Source: Phallusia mammillata (Eukaryota). Taken from it: 64,000 nt of DNA. Where the stretch lies: contig OZ281497.1 in NCBI GenBank assembly GCA_965637545.1, positions 21,204,001 to 21,268,000 on the forward strand. The letters run 5' to 3'. The position numbers and the translations under genes were made by a program. The notes beneath the pieces are model-generated. The model had not been told where the DNA came from. It worked only from the letters and a program-made list of their open reading frames with translations, and made no database searches. Below are positions 1 through 11,900 of the stretch, piece by piece (positions within the stretch are counted from its first letter, which is position 1; every line of letters begins with the position of its first letter).

Positions 1-3000
1 ATGTGCCCGGGCAGGTCAGTCAACTACAAAGTTGCAATCTTGCGCGGTTTAGGCGGGTTCCGCGGTCAACAACCTGTTGCATTGAAACTACGCTGAAAAC
101 AGCCTCGTATCGCAAACCCAAGTGTATGCTGTTTGCTCTGTAACAATGACAGATGAATATTTTCCACGTACGCCAACCAACGCGGCCTGGTTTAAAACCT
201 GGTGGTTGTGATGGTGGCTGGTCTGGTTTTGACGTGGCTTGCCGCCTGGGGAGACTCCAGGGCCTTAAACTTGCTACGTGTCGACGATTTAACTTAATTG
301 CGTCTTTCGATCGGCGCTAATCGCCAACTGTTACGTCACTCTCACGCGCGGTATGACGTCACACACTGCGGTGGAAAGTTTCGACTTTGCGTTGTGTAAT
401 TTGTGTTTGCCCCACTTTTCTGATTGCTATCGGGTCTACGAGGCGATCGTTGGAGAATCAATACTGTGTGTAACCTTTCAGTTCACTGCAATGCTAAACA
501 GTCCGTTTACTTTTTTCTGTTAAAGACATTACGCTATCTGCATGTTGATATATGGCATTGATTCGCACTGTCAGTACACAGTATTCTTTTAGTTTACCAT
601 AAACACGCGATTCAGTGGAATTTTTCTGTTTGATGTTGCAAAACACACGTATAAAATACCGGATTAACACTGCATGACAACTGCATGGTCTGTTCCCCGC
701 AAGGCCTTGGTATTACTCGCTGCCATTTTCCGTCGTTTTTCCGTCGTTTTTCTGCGAAAACAATCGCGTTTCCGCTGTGCCATAGGAAATTACAGTTACG
801 ACTGGCAAAAATTTTACCCGCACTGTTTGCCAAAGTTTATTGTTACTGGAAGCGTATGGCTTGCCAATAGCAAATACGGTGAAAAATGAACCCGGATAAG
901 CAAAGTCTAGCATGACTCTACCATTTTAAGGGACTTCCCTATCAGTTTTCTGATCTTTTAGGGGCTGCATGTATGGTTTTGAAACATAAACTTTTATTGC
1001 TTTATTTTTATATTCTGAGAAACGATTGCATTAATTTTGAGAGACTACTTTTTGCATCAAAAAACTGTGATTCAACTAATAAGTCCTCTAGCTTTATAAT
1101 TGCTTTCGTTTAACGTGGCATGTCAATTTTTTACAGTACACAGAAAGTAATGTACTTTTTGTTCGTGCTATATATAGATTTCGAATGTTGTCCAACAGAT
1201 TTATAAACTTTACAATAATTGTTACTTGACTTGTCAATTGTCATTCACTCGGGCACTCAAAAACCGGATACAGACGTTTGTCATGAGATCATTGAACTTC
1301 TCTAAGCAGCCAGTTATCTCATGCTTACGTGACAGACGTGGCAAGTGTGACGTCATAGGATAGCATTCCTTGTGGAATCGCAGACGTCCCTTCAAACAGG
1401 CATGCAACATATGTCATTTAGTTGGCGCTTGTAATGCTCCCGACTTGGTCTGCTCTTTGATGACGTTTGTAAGTCACAAGGTCACGTGGTTTAGATTGGT
1501 CTGGCGTTGCCTGGAGATACCAAGGATTTTGGAGTTGGGCACACTTGACTTTGCTTAATTCGTCCCAGCAGACACGTTATTTGTGTCCAGTCGCGAACTC
1601 ATGGTAAAATTATTAGAATGACCCCGAAGCGGAAATAATTCATGTAAGGTCGAACAAGGTTTTTTAGTTTTCTGGAATATTTTTGTTTTTATTTCGAGCA
1701 CAATATTTTGAGCGCAAATTGTCCAGTCCGTAAATCGTTGTGCCGTCAAAATATGTCATAAAACGGTTTCCTTTAAACCTATTGCACAAAAATTCGCCTA
1801 AAAATGCCTGATCCTGGCCTGTATGTGACAACCACACCTGTACTATGTTTGTCCGAATGCCAGCACGAAGTTGTTGCCAATCAGGGCGAACTGCCTGACT
1901 TGGTTTCGCTTTACTGGTTTCGTTGCAGGCACACATTGTAACATTACGTGACGCGATTAGAGGTGCTCGCAACGTTGAAATTGGCCTGATCGATAAAAAC
2001 GTTGTCGGTCCCCAAACGTGCTTTATCGGCCTAGTGTGTTTTACTGCTTATTACTGTATTTATTACCATGTTAAATTGAAAAATATTTGCATACAATTTT
2101 GGTTTTTCAACATTTTTGAACCTTTAGTTTGGAGATGCAAACGTTTAAGCAGAAAAATGTAACCAAAATCACCTTACTTAGGCGAAACAATGTTTTATTT
2201 TTAAATATCCGAGCTTTTTATATCAAATACTTAAAACTCAATTGATGATTTGCGAATTTCCAAATGCAAGTTCTTGTAATTTTCCGGGAAAAATGTCATA
2301 GCGTGTTAAGTTGTATTTAAATTCGTAATTAACAATTCCAGTAGTGAACTAACAGCTATTTTTGTCGCCGATTTTGCCCAAATTAAAATTGTGAAAAACA
2401 TACAATAGCTTTTTAAAACAATCCAAAAATATTTTTAGCTTTTTGATGGGTCGCTTTTTACTAATCCTGGTGACGCATAGTTCACTGCCATACGAAATCG
2501 TGCTTCCCGGAGGCTAAAACTTTTTTGCCATTGTTGTCAGCATGCTGTGTTGATGGCGGACACCTTGGCCGCATTGTGCTGTAATTCCCCCTTCGGGAGA
2601 CTTCGAAGTATTTCCAAGTAACTTTATGGTTCCGGTCTCGCTGGTATTTTACGAATGCATTGGGTTCATGGTCTGTCGTGCTGCCCTTATAATATTGTTT
2701 AAAGTTAAGGTACTGGAAACACCCCTTTTCCTAGGCACTGATAGCCGAAAAACAAAAACAATAAATTTATTTAAAAGCCTGTAAACGCATAAACACGAAA
2801 CGAATTTTAGGTAGTGCGGGAAAATGGAACGCATCAGTAAATTTTTTCGCCTTTTTGTAAACTACATTTTGCGAAAAGAGTAGTTCTTTTTTCGTAGGCA
2901 GGCTGTCATACACCACAACAAATTTGGTTTGACGATCTGCAAATTTTCAATGTCCCACATCTCGTAATTGACTTTTCGTGGCCGAGTTGCCAAGCGTGAC

Positions 3001-5246
3001 TGGCCCAGTCATTACGATTGGGAAATTTTACTCCAGTTTCAGTCATGCGACATTGCTCATTAAAACTTTCCGCTTGCGTTCCATAATTGCGATCTTCTTC
3101 CAATCTCAATGCGTATTCCTATTTAGTATATTGTGACGCCGCAATCCACTCAAAATATACCGTGCCCGGTTCGTTTATCACGTGACCAGACAACGTGATT
3201 GTCTGCCCAATATCGATAATCGTGGTGCATTATATTACACAGTGTCTTTGAGATATTTTTGCCTGTTTGTGAAACTCTCCGGGTGAATTTCCATGGCACG
3301 CATTTCACGAGTTTCCGGTTTGAGCTCGATTCCTGTTATACGTCACTTCCGCTTACTGGGAATCTGTTGTTGAAGACATATGGAATTGAAATGACAAGAA
3401 ATTACGCGATAGCTTTGGCGTCGCGCGGGTCTTAGTTCTGTGACATCATGACTTAACACAGTGCCAGGATGGCCGTACGCCGTATTGTCTTAAAGTACAC
3501 GAACAAAGTTGCTCATAAGGGGATTCGCAATTTAACGTTCGAGATTTTTCGTCGTATTGATCCCGGTTTTTATGGACAAGGGCGTTTTGCAAAATTAGGA
3601 GGATGGTTTGACCTTAGTTCAACATACATCAGTTTATGTTTGTGGGCAAAACTATTTGTATTCTAAAGAATTGGTGTAAAAGTAGACCAAAATGAAAACA
3701 TGTTTGGGAGCCCTGATCAATTGAAAAACCTTTTCCAAGTTTACAGTGTTTTAAAAATATAGCTTGGTTCGGGTATACAGAAAACGAAATAAAATTCCTT
3801 TTCATTCCATGGGCATTATTTTGTTCTTGGGTGACCACTATAAAATTGTCAACTGCTTTGTTGATTTGGGCCGGTTTGCAAACGCCTAAAATCCAGTCTT
3901 CTGTTTTTACCTAAACAGTTTCATCGGTTTGCGGTGTGACACGTTACATAACTTATCATACCGTGTGATCTCCTAACCTACAGTTCCTAATCGTGAAGCT
4001 CAATTACAACGTCGTACCCTCGAGCTGTTGTACACCTGCTCTACATGTGGTTTTAGTGGTAGCTATGGACGCTTTTGGAAATAAATGGTGCGTCCTTGTT
4101 GTAATTAGACGGCCTAATCGGGACCAATTGTCGGGCTGTCGGGGTCGTTATTTCATTACCAGTCGTGGCCTTTTCCTACTTCCTAGGCAAAAAAACACAG
4201 GAAAACGTTAGTCGTGACCGAAGAAGACGTTGTGAGTTGAAGTAAACAAAAAAATCTCCAGTTTACAAAGCTGTCTGTTAATTTGTGTTCAATAACTGGA
4301 CTAAAACCAAACTAAAAGCCAAGGAAATAAAGAAGTTTGTGAATTTTTCTGACAACAAAAGCGTAAAGTTGATGGAAAACTGCTAGTTTGGACACTATAA
4401 GCCATGTTCAAATTGGGTGAAAATCGAGGTTTTACTTATCTCCTTTACGGGTCGCTTTTCCTAAAAACCGTAAACGTTCAAGTTTTGTTTTTTTCGCCAT
4501 TATTTCAAGGTTGGTCGATTTAACAAATCGATGTAAGGGACTCACGATAAATGGCACAGTTGATTGCAAGAAGCGATTTTCATCGATTAAATCGTCATTA
4601 GCCAACAGACTAACGTCCGTTATAATTAATTGCGACGCCCATCTTGGATTAGATGTGAAGCATGATGGTCAGGCGACAAAAAAGGCAGTGCGTGATGACC
4701 GACTTCTGGCATCGTTGAGACCTTGTTATCGTTTTTCTCACACGTAAAAAACATTTTTTTTTATTTAACTGTTCATCAATGACAATTGGGTATAGTAACA
4801 ATGCAAATAAAAATTTGACTTGACTTTAGGTTCCATGTTTACCAAAGCATGTTCAGTATGCCTGTTGGTGTAAAATGTACCACCGGATAAGAACCTCGAG
4901 TTCTAAAAATAAATTGGCATCCCTGAACAATGACACAGCGAACCTTTGTAGGTGGGGTGAAAAAAACCTTTATGGCGTCTGAATTAAACGTTTTTTGTTC
5001 GTGTTCTGCTAAAGATGGCTGGGTCGTACTGTTTCAACACATTTTGAAAACCGCAATCTGCTGCGTAATGTTGTGACGTAGCGCCGTCACGGTGATGATG
5101 CTCTTTTTGGGGCGGGCTGCTTGGGCGATGAACCGTGGAGAAAATCCATGTTGCACCAATAATCGCTTCTTTATGTAATCCGTGGCATGTAAATGCGCTT
5201 TTGGCATGTTTCAACATTTCAAAAGACGCGTTGAGCTGCTGACTTG

Positions 5247-5292
5247 GCACGAGGGCACGTGATTTGGTCATGGCGACACGTGAGGTCACGTG
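5247..5292. promoter_or_regulatory. Cluster of bHLH sites (three CACGTG E-boxes plus a CACGAG N-box) in a GC-rich island
   Basis: CACGTG at 5256-5261, 5277-5282 and 5287-5292, CACGAG just upstream, inside a locally GC/CpG-rich segment (about 5050-5720). Function is inferred. Confidence 0.35.
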
Positions 5293-5769
5293 AGCGCGAC
5301 TCAACGCACCCTGTTGACACCAGAATGTTTCCCACCCGATTTCGCCACAAAAGTCAGCTAACCGGCGGGTTTTCGGCGATTGGCAGACGGCAGGCCGTGT
5401 TCACACGAGAACTGCTCAGTTGCTGTGCAAATTACGCGTAGAATAATATGCCCACAGCGCGAACAATCGCTTCCTGCGTTAATACACAGTCGTCGTTCGG
5501 CAGGAAACGTACAGAGTGTGCCACGTAAGCCCGGGCGGTACTGGTGTTTCTCTACAGACAGATAATGCCTGTGTGTTTTGCGACCTAATCACGCGCAAGC
5601 ATTTGTTACCGCGAACTGTTGACTTACCAGCTCAACCAGCCGCCGCGTTCCACTGAGCGAGATCGCCAATAAACTCGTGGACAAACGCTTTGGTGCCTTT
5701 CGCCGATGTCGTTACACCTATATGCCTGTAACACGTTTTTTGCTATGCTGTTGTACAAATGTAGACTCA

Positions 5770-5928
5770 TTTAATCATAAACATTACTGCCAAGGTAGTG
5801 GTGTATATAGAATACATCGTGTAGACGTTTCGACAATCTCTGTTGTCATCATCAGTACATCGAAACGAAACGTCTACACGATGTATTCTATATACACCAC
5901 TACCTTGGCAGTAATGTTTATGATTAAA
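5770..5928. repeat. Perfect 63-bp inverted repeat with a 33-nt spacer
   Basis: 5770-5832 is the exact reverse complement of 5866-5928. Spacer 5833-5865 is ACAATCTCTGTTGTCATCATCAGTACATCGAAA. Confidence 0.95.
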
Positions 5929-5958
5929 CTACTTTTCAAGTCCGTGCATAGTGTTCCT
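5772..5958 (-). mobile_element. Short Penelope-like (pLTR/retrozyme-type) retro-insertion with an inverted terminal segment
   Basis: Flanked by a perfect 13-bp direct repeat ATGTAGACTCATT (5759-5771 and 5959-5971). Contains a minus-strand hammerhead and a perfect 63-bp inverted repeat. Confidence 0.75.
5818..5862 (-). ncRNA. Minimal type I hammerhead ribozyme (HHR1), core intact
   Basis: Minus strand reads cgatgta CTGATGA T GACAA-cagaga-TTGTC GAAAC GTC tacacg. Stem II is 5 bp with G10.1-C11.1. The palindromic ACGU helix III is the dimer-cleaving Penelope type. GUC triplet; stem I TGTA/TACA plus CG/CG around a bulge. Confidence 0.8.
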
Positions 5959-8900
5959 ATGTAGACTCATTGTTTTCAAAGAGATTGAAGATTTTAAAGC
6001 CCGTGGTTTACCAAATCGTCCTGAACTAAGCTATGACGGTGTTTAATTATGCGTAACTGGTGTCTTTATATGGAGAGCTGTTTTTCCATGCTATTCTTTG
6101 TACACGTTTCATAATTGCGGTGATTCCTATTTATAACCAATGCTTTTAATGTACGTTTCTCCATCGTTTCTCAAAAAAACTTTAACAGATAAAGTCGAAT
6201 TATAGTTGACAGCACGTAAAAATCAGTGCTGGTCGTTAAATAAGGTCTACATTACTACTAAACCTTTTATTTTTCGAGGTTCAACCATTGCTGTTTACGT
6301 GCACAATGGGGTGGAACCTCTGGTCATGCTCTTGGAACAATGTGTTTTTGCTGGCGAAACCTGTAACACCTTAAACCCGTGCATCCTGCCAAGGTCGTAT
6401 TATTCTGAATGGATTCAACTCCAAAATAAGTTTATATCATGGTGTATTAGTTTCAAAGCGCTTTACAAATAGCGTTGTGGTGACCTTTGTATCCCTGTTT
6501 TTCAAGCGAAATAGTCAGTACTTGCCGAAGCGTGTAGCAACGGCGGCTTTTCCAGTTTTAACTTGTGAAGTTATCACAACTCCTGGCGTTGCCCTTTTTT
6601 ATTTTCAGTTCCTTGTAGCAACGCCTTTGTTGTCATGATAAACTACTGAAAAAACAAGCCTAATATCACGCAACAGGTATTACCGTTTGTAAGGGGGAGG
6701 TTTGTCCTTTGAACAAGCGTTTTGATTCGTCCGTTTGCAGTCACGTGTTTTTGGGTGATAAATGCCGTATGTACGGTGGCAATTGCTCACGGATATCCTG
6801 TGGACGAGTTTTACTACAAAAAGCGATGCTACTGCTCTGTTACACCAAATGCGAATTGCCCCGAACACGTATTTCGTGTTTTTTGTTGTTTTGTATGTAA
6901 ATGACTGTTTTCCGCGGTAGACATATGCTTAAGTGCTTGTGTACCGACTTGAACTCTGTTTTAAACCACGTTTAATGAAATTCCAGAAAACGATGAACCG
7001 TCGTCAAGGTGCTTAAACCTTTTTCACGAACTAGTCTATTTTTGCAATTACTAGGAAACAAAGTTATATTAGTGATTCACACTATTCACGTAGCTACAAA
7101 CTTGCTGGAAACCACCAAGTTGTGCCGTTGAAAAAAAGCATTCGAATCGTGAAATAGCTCTTGCTGGTTTGGAACTCCGATTTGTTTGTTCGCCGTTACT
7201 TCGTTTTCACGCACGCATGAGAATTCTTGGCGGTTTCTTATCTTCGTGCTTACCAGCCGCAAGCTCCGTCCTGTCTACACGAAATTCCAGTTGGCAACGC
7301 GTCAGAACGTGGTCAGTGGTCTGTAGGGTCAATTAATATGCGTACCATGTAAAAAGCCTTACTTAAAGTAACGTCTGTCAAACGGAGACTCATGAATTTT
7401 TGGAAGAATTTTGAACCCGAATCACCTACGTTGCCATATATTGTGGTTTCTACCGATTCGCCAAACAACCTACTGTTGGTTAGTCCTGTTTTGCCCAATT
7501 TTTACCGCCAATGTACTTAAAATATAAAATCATGTCGAGACCAAGCTCTGTAAAGTTCAAACGTTAAGCCAGCAAGCTTTTGCGGAAGTCGTGCACTTAG
7601 CTTTAGGCGTTGCGGCATAAATTCATGCAAACTTAGCTAAAAATTTGTAAACAAGTGGCTACCCCCACCCATCAGGTCCCGAACGGATGTTTGGTAGCTT
7701 TATTGGGCATACAAGCTCCCCAACTTTGCTGATTCATTGCACGGAAAATGCTGACTAAGCGCAGCATCGGCCCTGTCTCTTGGTAACTTCCGCGCACACA
7801 ACCATTTTCCTCGGAAGATGTTAGAGTTATTTGTCTATTTTATAAATTGATGTGAACTTTTACGACAAAACCTGTATCTGTATCTTGGTTTGGTACACAG
7901 TCCTATTTTCTGTTAAATGTGCGTTTTTTGCAAAATGTGGTACAGTGTTTCACAATATAAAACTGCCTTTGATAAAAAATAATTTGGCCTTTGGCGTGTG
8001 GCGCACATCAAATCTTACAGTCAACAGTTTATACTTTGGGGTTAAAATCCAGCGTTGGCCTAGCTTTGTCAAGGTCCAAGGACACGTAAACAGCTTGCAT
8101 GACCTTCATTGTGTACTTTTTGCCTTTTGCTTCAATTAGTGACATGCAGTGACTCTGTTTGGACCGAATGTACCTAGGCGATGTTAATTGATCTCCTGTG
8201 TAACATTAACTAAAGTGTCTATGTCCGTTAAAGCAAGTCAGTGACGGTAAATGTCAATTAAGCGTTAGGCTGTGGTATTAGCCTTTTCTTGTTTCTTGGT
8301 AATTGCTTGGTGCAAACCGTTGGGCAAAATTTTTTTTTGCGATTTGTTGCAAGAACAAATGCCATATTAAAAACAACATTGACCAATCATGCTGTACAAA
8401 TTATACCTTACATGCGTAGGTTTTCGACACTAATATTGCTATGCAGGCTGACAAAAACAAGATTACCAAAGTTATTTCGAACCGAAAATTCCGCGAACAC
8501 TTCAGGCGCGTTTGTCTTCCTTGCTAATTTTAGTCCACGACTCATATACAATGGTTAAGTTGTGATGAGAAACACATGACAGATTGAAGTTGGTTTGCAC
8601 AAAAGATCTTCCAGCTAAAACCAATCGGTCTAGGAAAAGCCTGAACTTAGCCTCCGGCTTGATTTGTGAGTCAGAGAATAATTAAAGTGCTAATCCTCAA
8701 AAGTATATTGAGTCTGTTCGTGTTGTATGTAATTACCGATTGAATTAAATCAGGTTGTTTTTTATTCCACGGTCTTGTTTTTAGCTCTGATCCTTTGCCA
8801 CGTAATCATTTTACCATATCGTTTGCATACACTGCGACCCGTTGTAACATTACAGTACATTTTGTGTTTTGCATGCAAAGGAATGAGCTGTACAAGTGCC

Positions 8901-8966
8901 TTCATGCGCTTCTGCCACATCAAGATATAACCTAAATGCTAACGTTTGCATTTTATTTGTCTGCAG

Positions 8967-11900
8967 GCAAGTGGATGGACATGAACAACGACATATTGTA
9001 CGAGGATGTGAATCCTATTGCTCCGAATCTCAACAGTCATCTCTCACCACTGCTCGGAGAGTTTGCGCGTGACCGCTATTCGCGCAAAGTCTTTGTAGGC
9101 GGCCTTCCACCGGACATAGACGAAGGTCAGTAGTAAAAAATCGGTTCAGTGTAATTTTGTCGCATGGTATTGACTTCAGTTGAGGAATGATCGTGTTTGT
9201 GAAGAAACTGTTGCTTTTTTTCTAATTTTAATTCCTTTTATTGCTCTCTATAGACACTGAAGATGCTTTTTAGCGAACTTAATTTGTTTTTATAACACTG
9301 TCATATGTTAACCTGGAAATAAACATTTTCCAAACTTGTGGTATTGACTTCCTATACATTTTCACAGCATTGTAGATTGTATACCACAATGTACCCCGAC
9401 TGTTTGTGTATGAGGCTATAAATTTTACTTTCCAATTTTCCTGTAACGGCGGTTACAATGTGGTTGTCTTTTACACAAAAATCCATGTAGATTTAAAATT
9501 ACATAACCCTCAATCTAGTCAATATACGGAGGTATTTGCAATCGTTATTTCGTTATAATATGCAAAATATTTTACTGTGTTATGCAACGAAATTGCAAAA
9601 ATAAGGGCATAAGGGATTATGGTTTGGTGTTATATTCATTTACTGCCTTGTTTGAGTAAACTGTTATCCTATAAATACAATTCGCTTGTTTTGCAGAAGA
9701 GATTAAGACAAGTTTTAAGCGCTTTGGGCCACTGGTTGTGGATTGGCCCCACAAGGCTGAAAGCAAGTCATATTTTCCACCAAAAGGTTAGTCAAGTTTT
9801 TTTTACTAGTTTATTGCATGTTCTGTCGTAAAGAACATTTTTTGGATGCACACTTGAACATCATGCCTGCAGTGTGTGTTAGACTCGAACGCTAAAATGT
9901 TGGAAGCCAAGAGTATTTATAACCAGTATTTCCTGATAAATCTTTTGCAAAAGAATACAAACCTAACCGCTGTTGATTTACTCCACACTTTGTTGAAGTA
10001 CAGTGGAATGTAAGTCATGCTGACAATATGTGTTGTGTTATTACTGCGCATGTTTTGCCATCGTTAATGCAAACAGCCTTTGTTTCAACTGTTGCCATCA
10101 TGTCATCAGCCATTACAAAACCCACAAAACCCTCTTTAACGTGTCGCTGTAGCTGGATAAAGGCTGTAGAGTGGCCTAAACCACACAGATGTTGCTTTGA
10201 AGTTAAATACAAGAGCTGGCTCTTCCCCACTGTTCGTCCCATTGGGCTTCGGCTTCTGTGTGTTGTTATTGCCGTTGCTATAAGTTCGTGTTGTTTTTTT
10301 GCAGGGTATGCTTTCCTGTTGTTCCAAGAAGAGCTTTCCGTTCAGAATCTGATCGGGTGCTGCATGAAGGACGGCGACAAGCTGTACTTGCGCGTTTCCA
10401 GTCCCACGATTCGAGATAAACCCGTAAGTACGGTTGTGCACTTTAAGAGACTTCCTAAAACCAAGAATCCACGGTTCCAGATTGGAATAAACTACAATTG
10501 TGAAGAAGCTTTGGCACAATAAAAACAATCGGGCTTTTAATGCTATACGTTTGTACAATATATTCTTTAACGCTCAAACAAATTATATTCTTACCTATAT
10601 ATAAAAATATATATATATATACACGTTACCTATATAAAGACATTATACGATTGTAGCAATTTAGTGGTGGCCAGCCTTATGAATTTGGTGAATTAAAACG
10701 CTGACTTCAGCACTGAAATACGCTTTTTGATTTTAGACCTATTTTTGCTTTGTAAAGATGAGTTAAAAAAGAGGTAGGGCACAACTGGTCGATAATGACA
10801 AAAAGCGCCGTAGCTATACCGTATTTACGAGTACCGTTGCTTACAATAGCATAATTCTGTCTTTGACCGATATTCAATATCATCACCAACATGGTGTTTC
10901 ATATCTACTCATAACACTAGCCAGTAACCTTCGTCAATGGAATTAAACTATCGCTCTTGGTTAAGTTGTCGGTTAAACGTCATGCCTTGACATCAGTCAG
11001 GTTGGAACGGTGCCAAAAACCTGCGGTTGTGCGTTTACCGGCGTGCTTTCCCTTATTTGTGTGTTGTGCCGTGCGAATTTTTCTTGCCCTCGTAACCAAC
11101 GTCGTCGGGTATAAATATTTGATGGCAACAGGTGGTCCTGCCTCTGTGCCACGATACAAGGCGATGCTTCTACGTACACCGATCGAAACAGGAATATATG
11201 TCTGACGGAAAACTGACGCACGGCGAAAATCCGGGTCGGTGAGGTCGCCTAGGCTTGGGCGTTGGCTCTGGAAAAAACATGGCCGCGTCCAAACTTGCTA
11301 ATGTTGTTAGTACCATAAAGTAAAAAATTGTACTTTGTATGGTATATTTGTAAATTACACTTTACTATTTAGGAGGGGAATTGTTATGGGTTTGCTTGTG
11401 TCAGATAACTGCTATTTATTGCAACTCGTATTAAGTTTCCAAAACCTGTATAGCTGATGGTTTTCTGACAAATAAGAAGCCTTGTCATTGCCATAGGTCC
11501 GAATTCTAAAATTTAATGAAAATGATTTTTATTAGCCATGTTAATAACACTTCCTCTTTGTTCGCGTTAGCCTATACAGTTTGACCTTAATCGCGTCCTT
11601 TTCTCGAATGCAATAACTTTAACCAGAGCTTCCTACCAAAATGACGTCATTGTGACAATATATCTTCCTTGATCCCGCGCTCGATCCACCCGGAAGTGAC
11701 GATTTCCTTCCTGGCGATATCCCACAATGCACTCGGTCATACGACACCATTTGGCTTGATTGCAAAAAATTAACACTATCAAATGCCACAGAATTGTTTT
11801 TAAATGTACGACCACGTGCCTTAAATCATGGCGTATGCTCAGTGGCAAAGTTAGACTGTCTCGTGACAGCCGTTAATGCACAATGTGGCCGTTCACGTTT

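Noticed and set aside
6987-7008. Possible CPEB microexon (KTMNRRQG) resembling vertebrate ARTYGRRR
   Set aside because: 22 nt (not frame-preserving), no polypyrimidine tract and a weak donor; the 18-nt candidate near 7765-7782 is equally unsupported.
539-9820. TGCATG (Rbfox) sites upstream of and around the RRM1 exons
   Set aside because: About six copies in 10 kb is only mildly above expectation, and no regulated exon could be identified.
9979-10014. miR-1/206-like TGGAATGTAAG
   Set aside because: Only the seed region matches and the flanking hairpin is too short and imperfect.
10066-10116. Minus-strand CTGATGA...GAAAC...GTT, a sixth hammerhead candidate
   Set aside because: Stem II and stem I barely pair; could be chance or too decayed to call.
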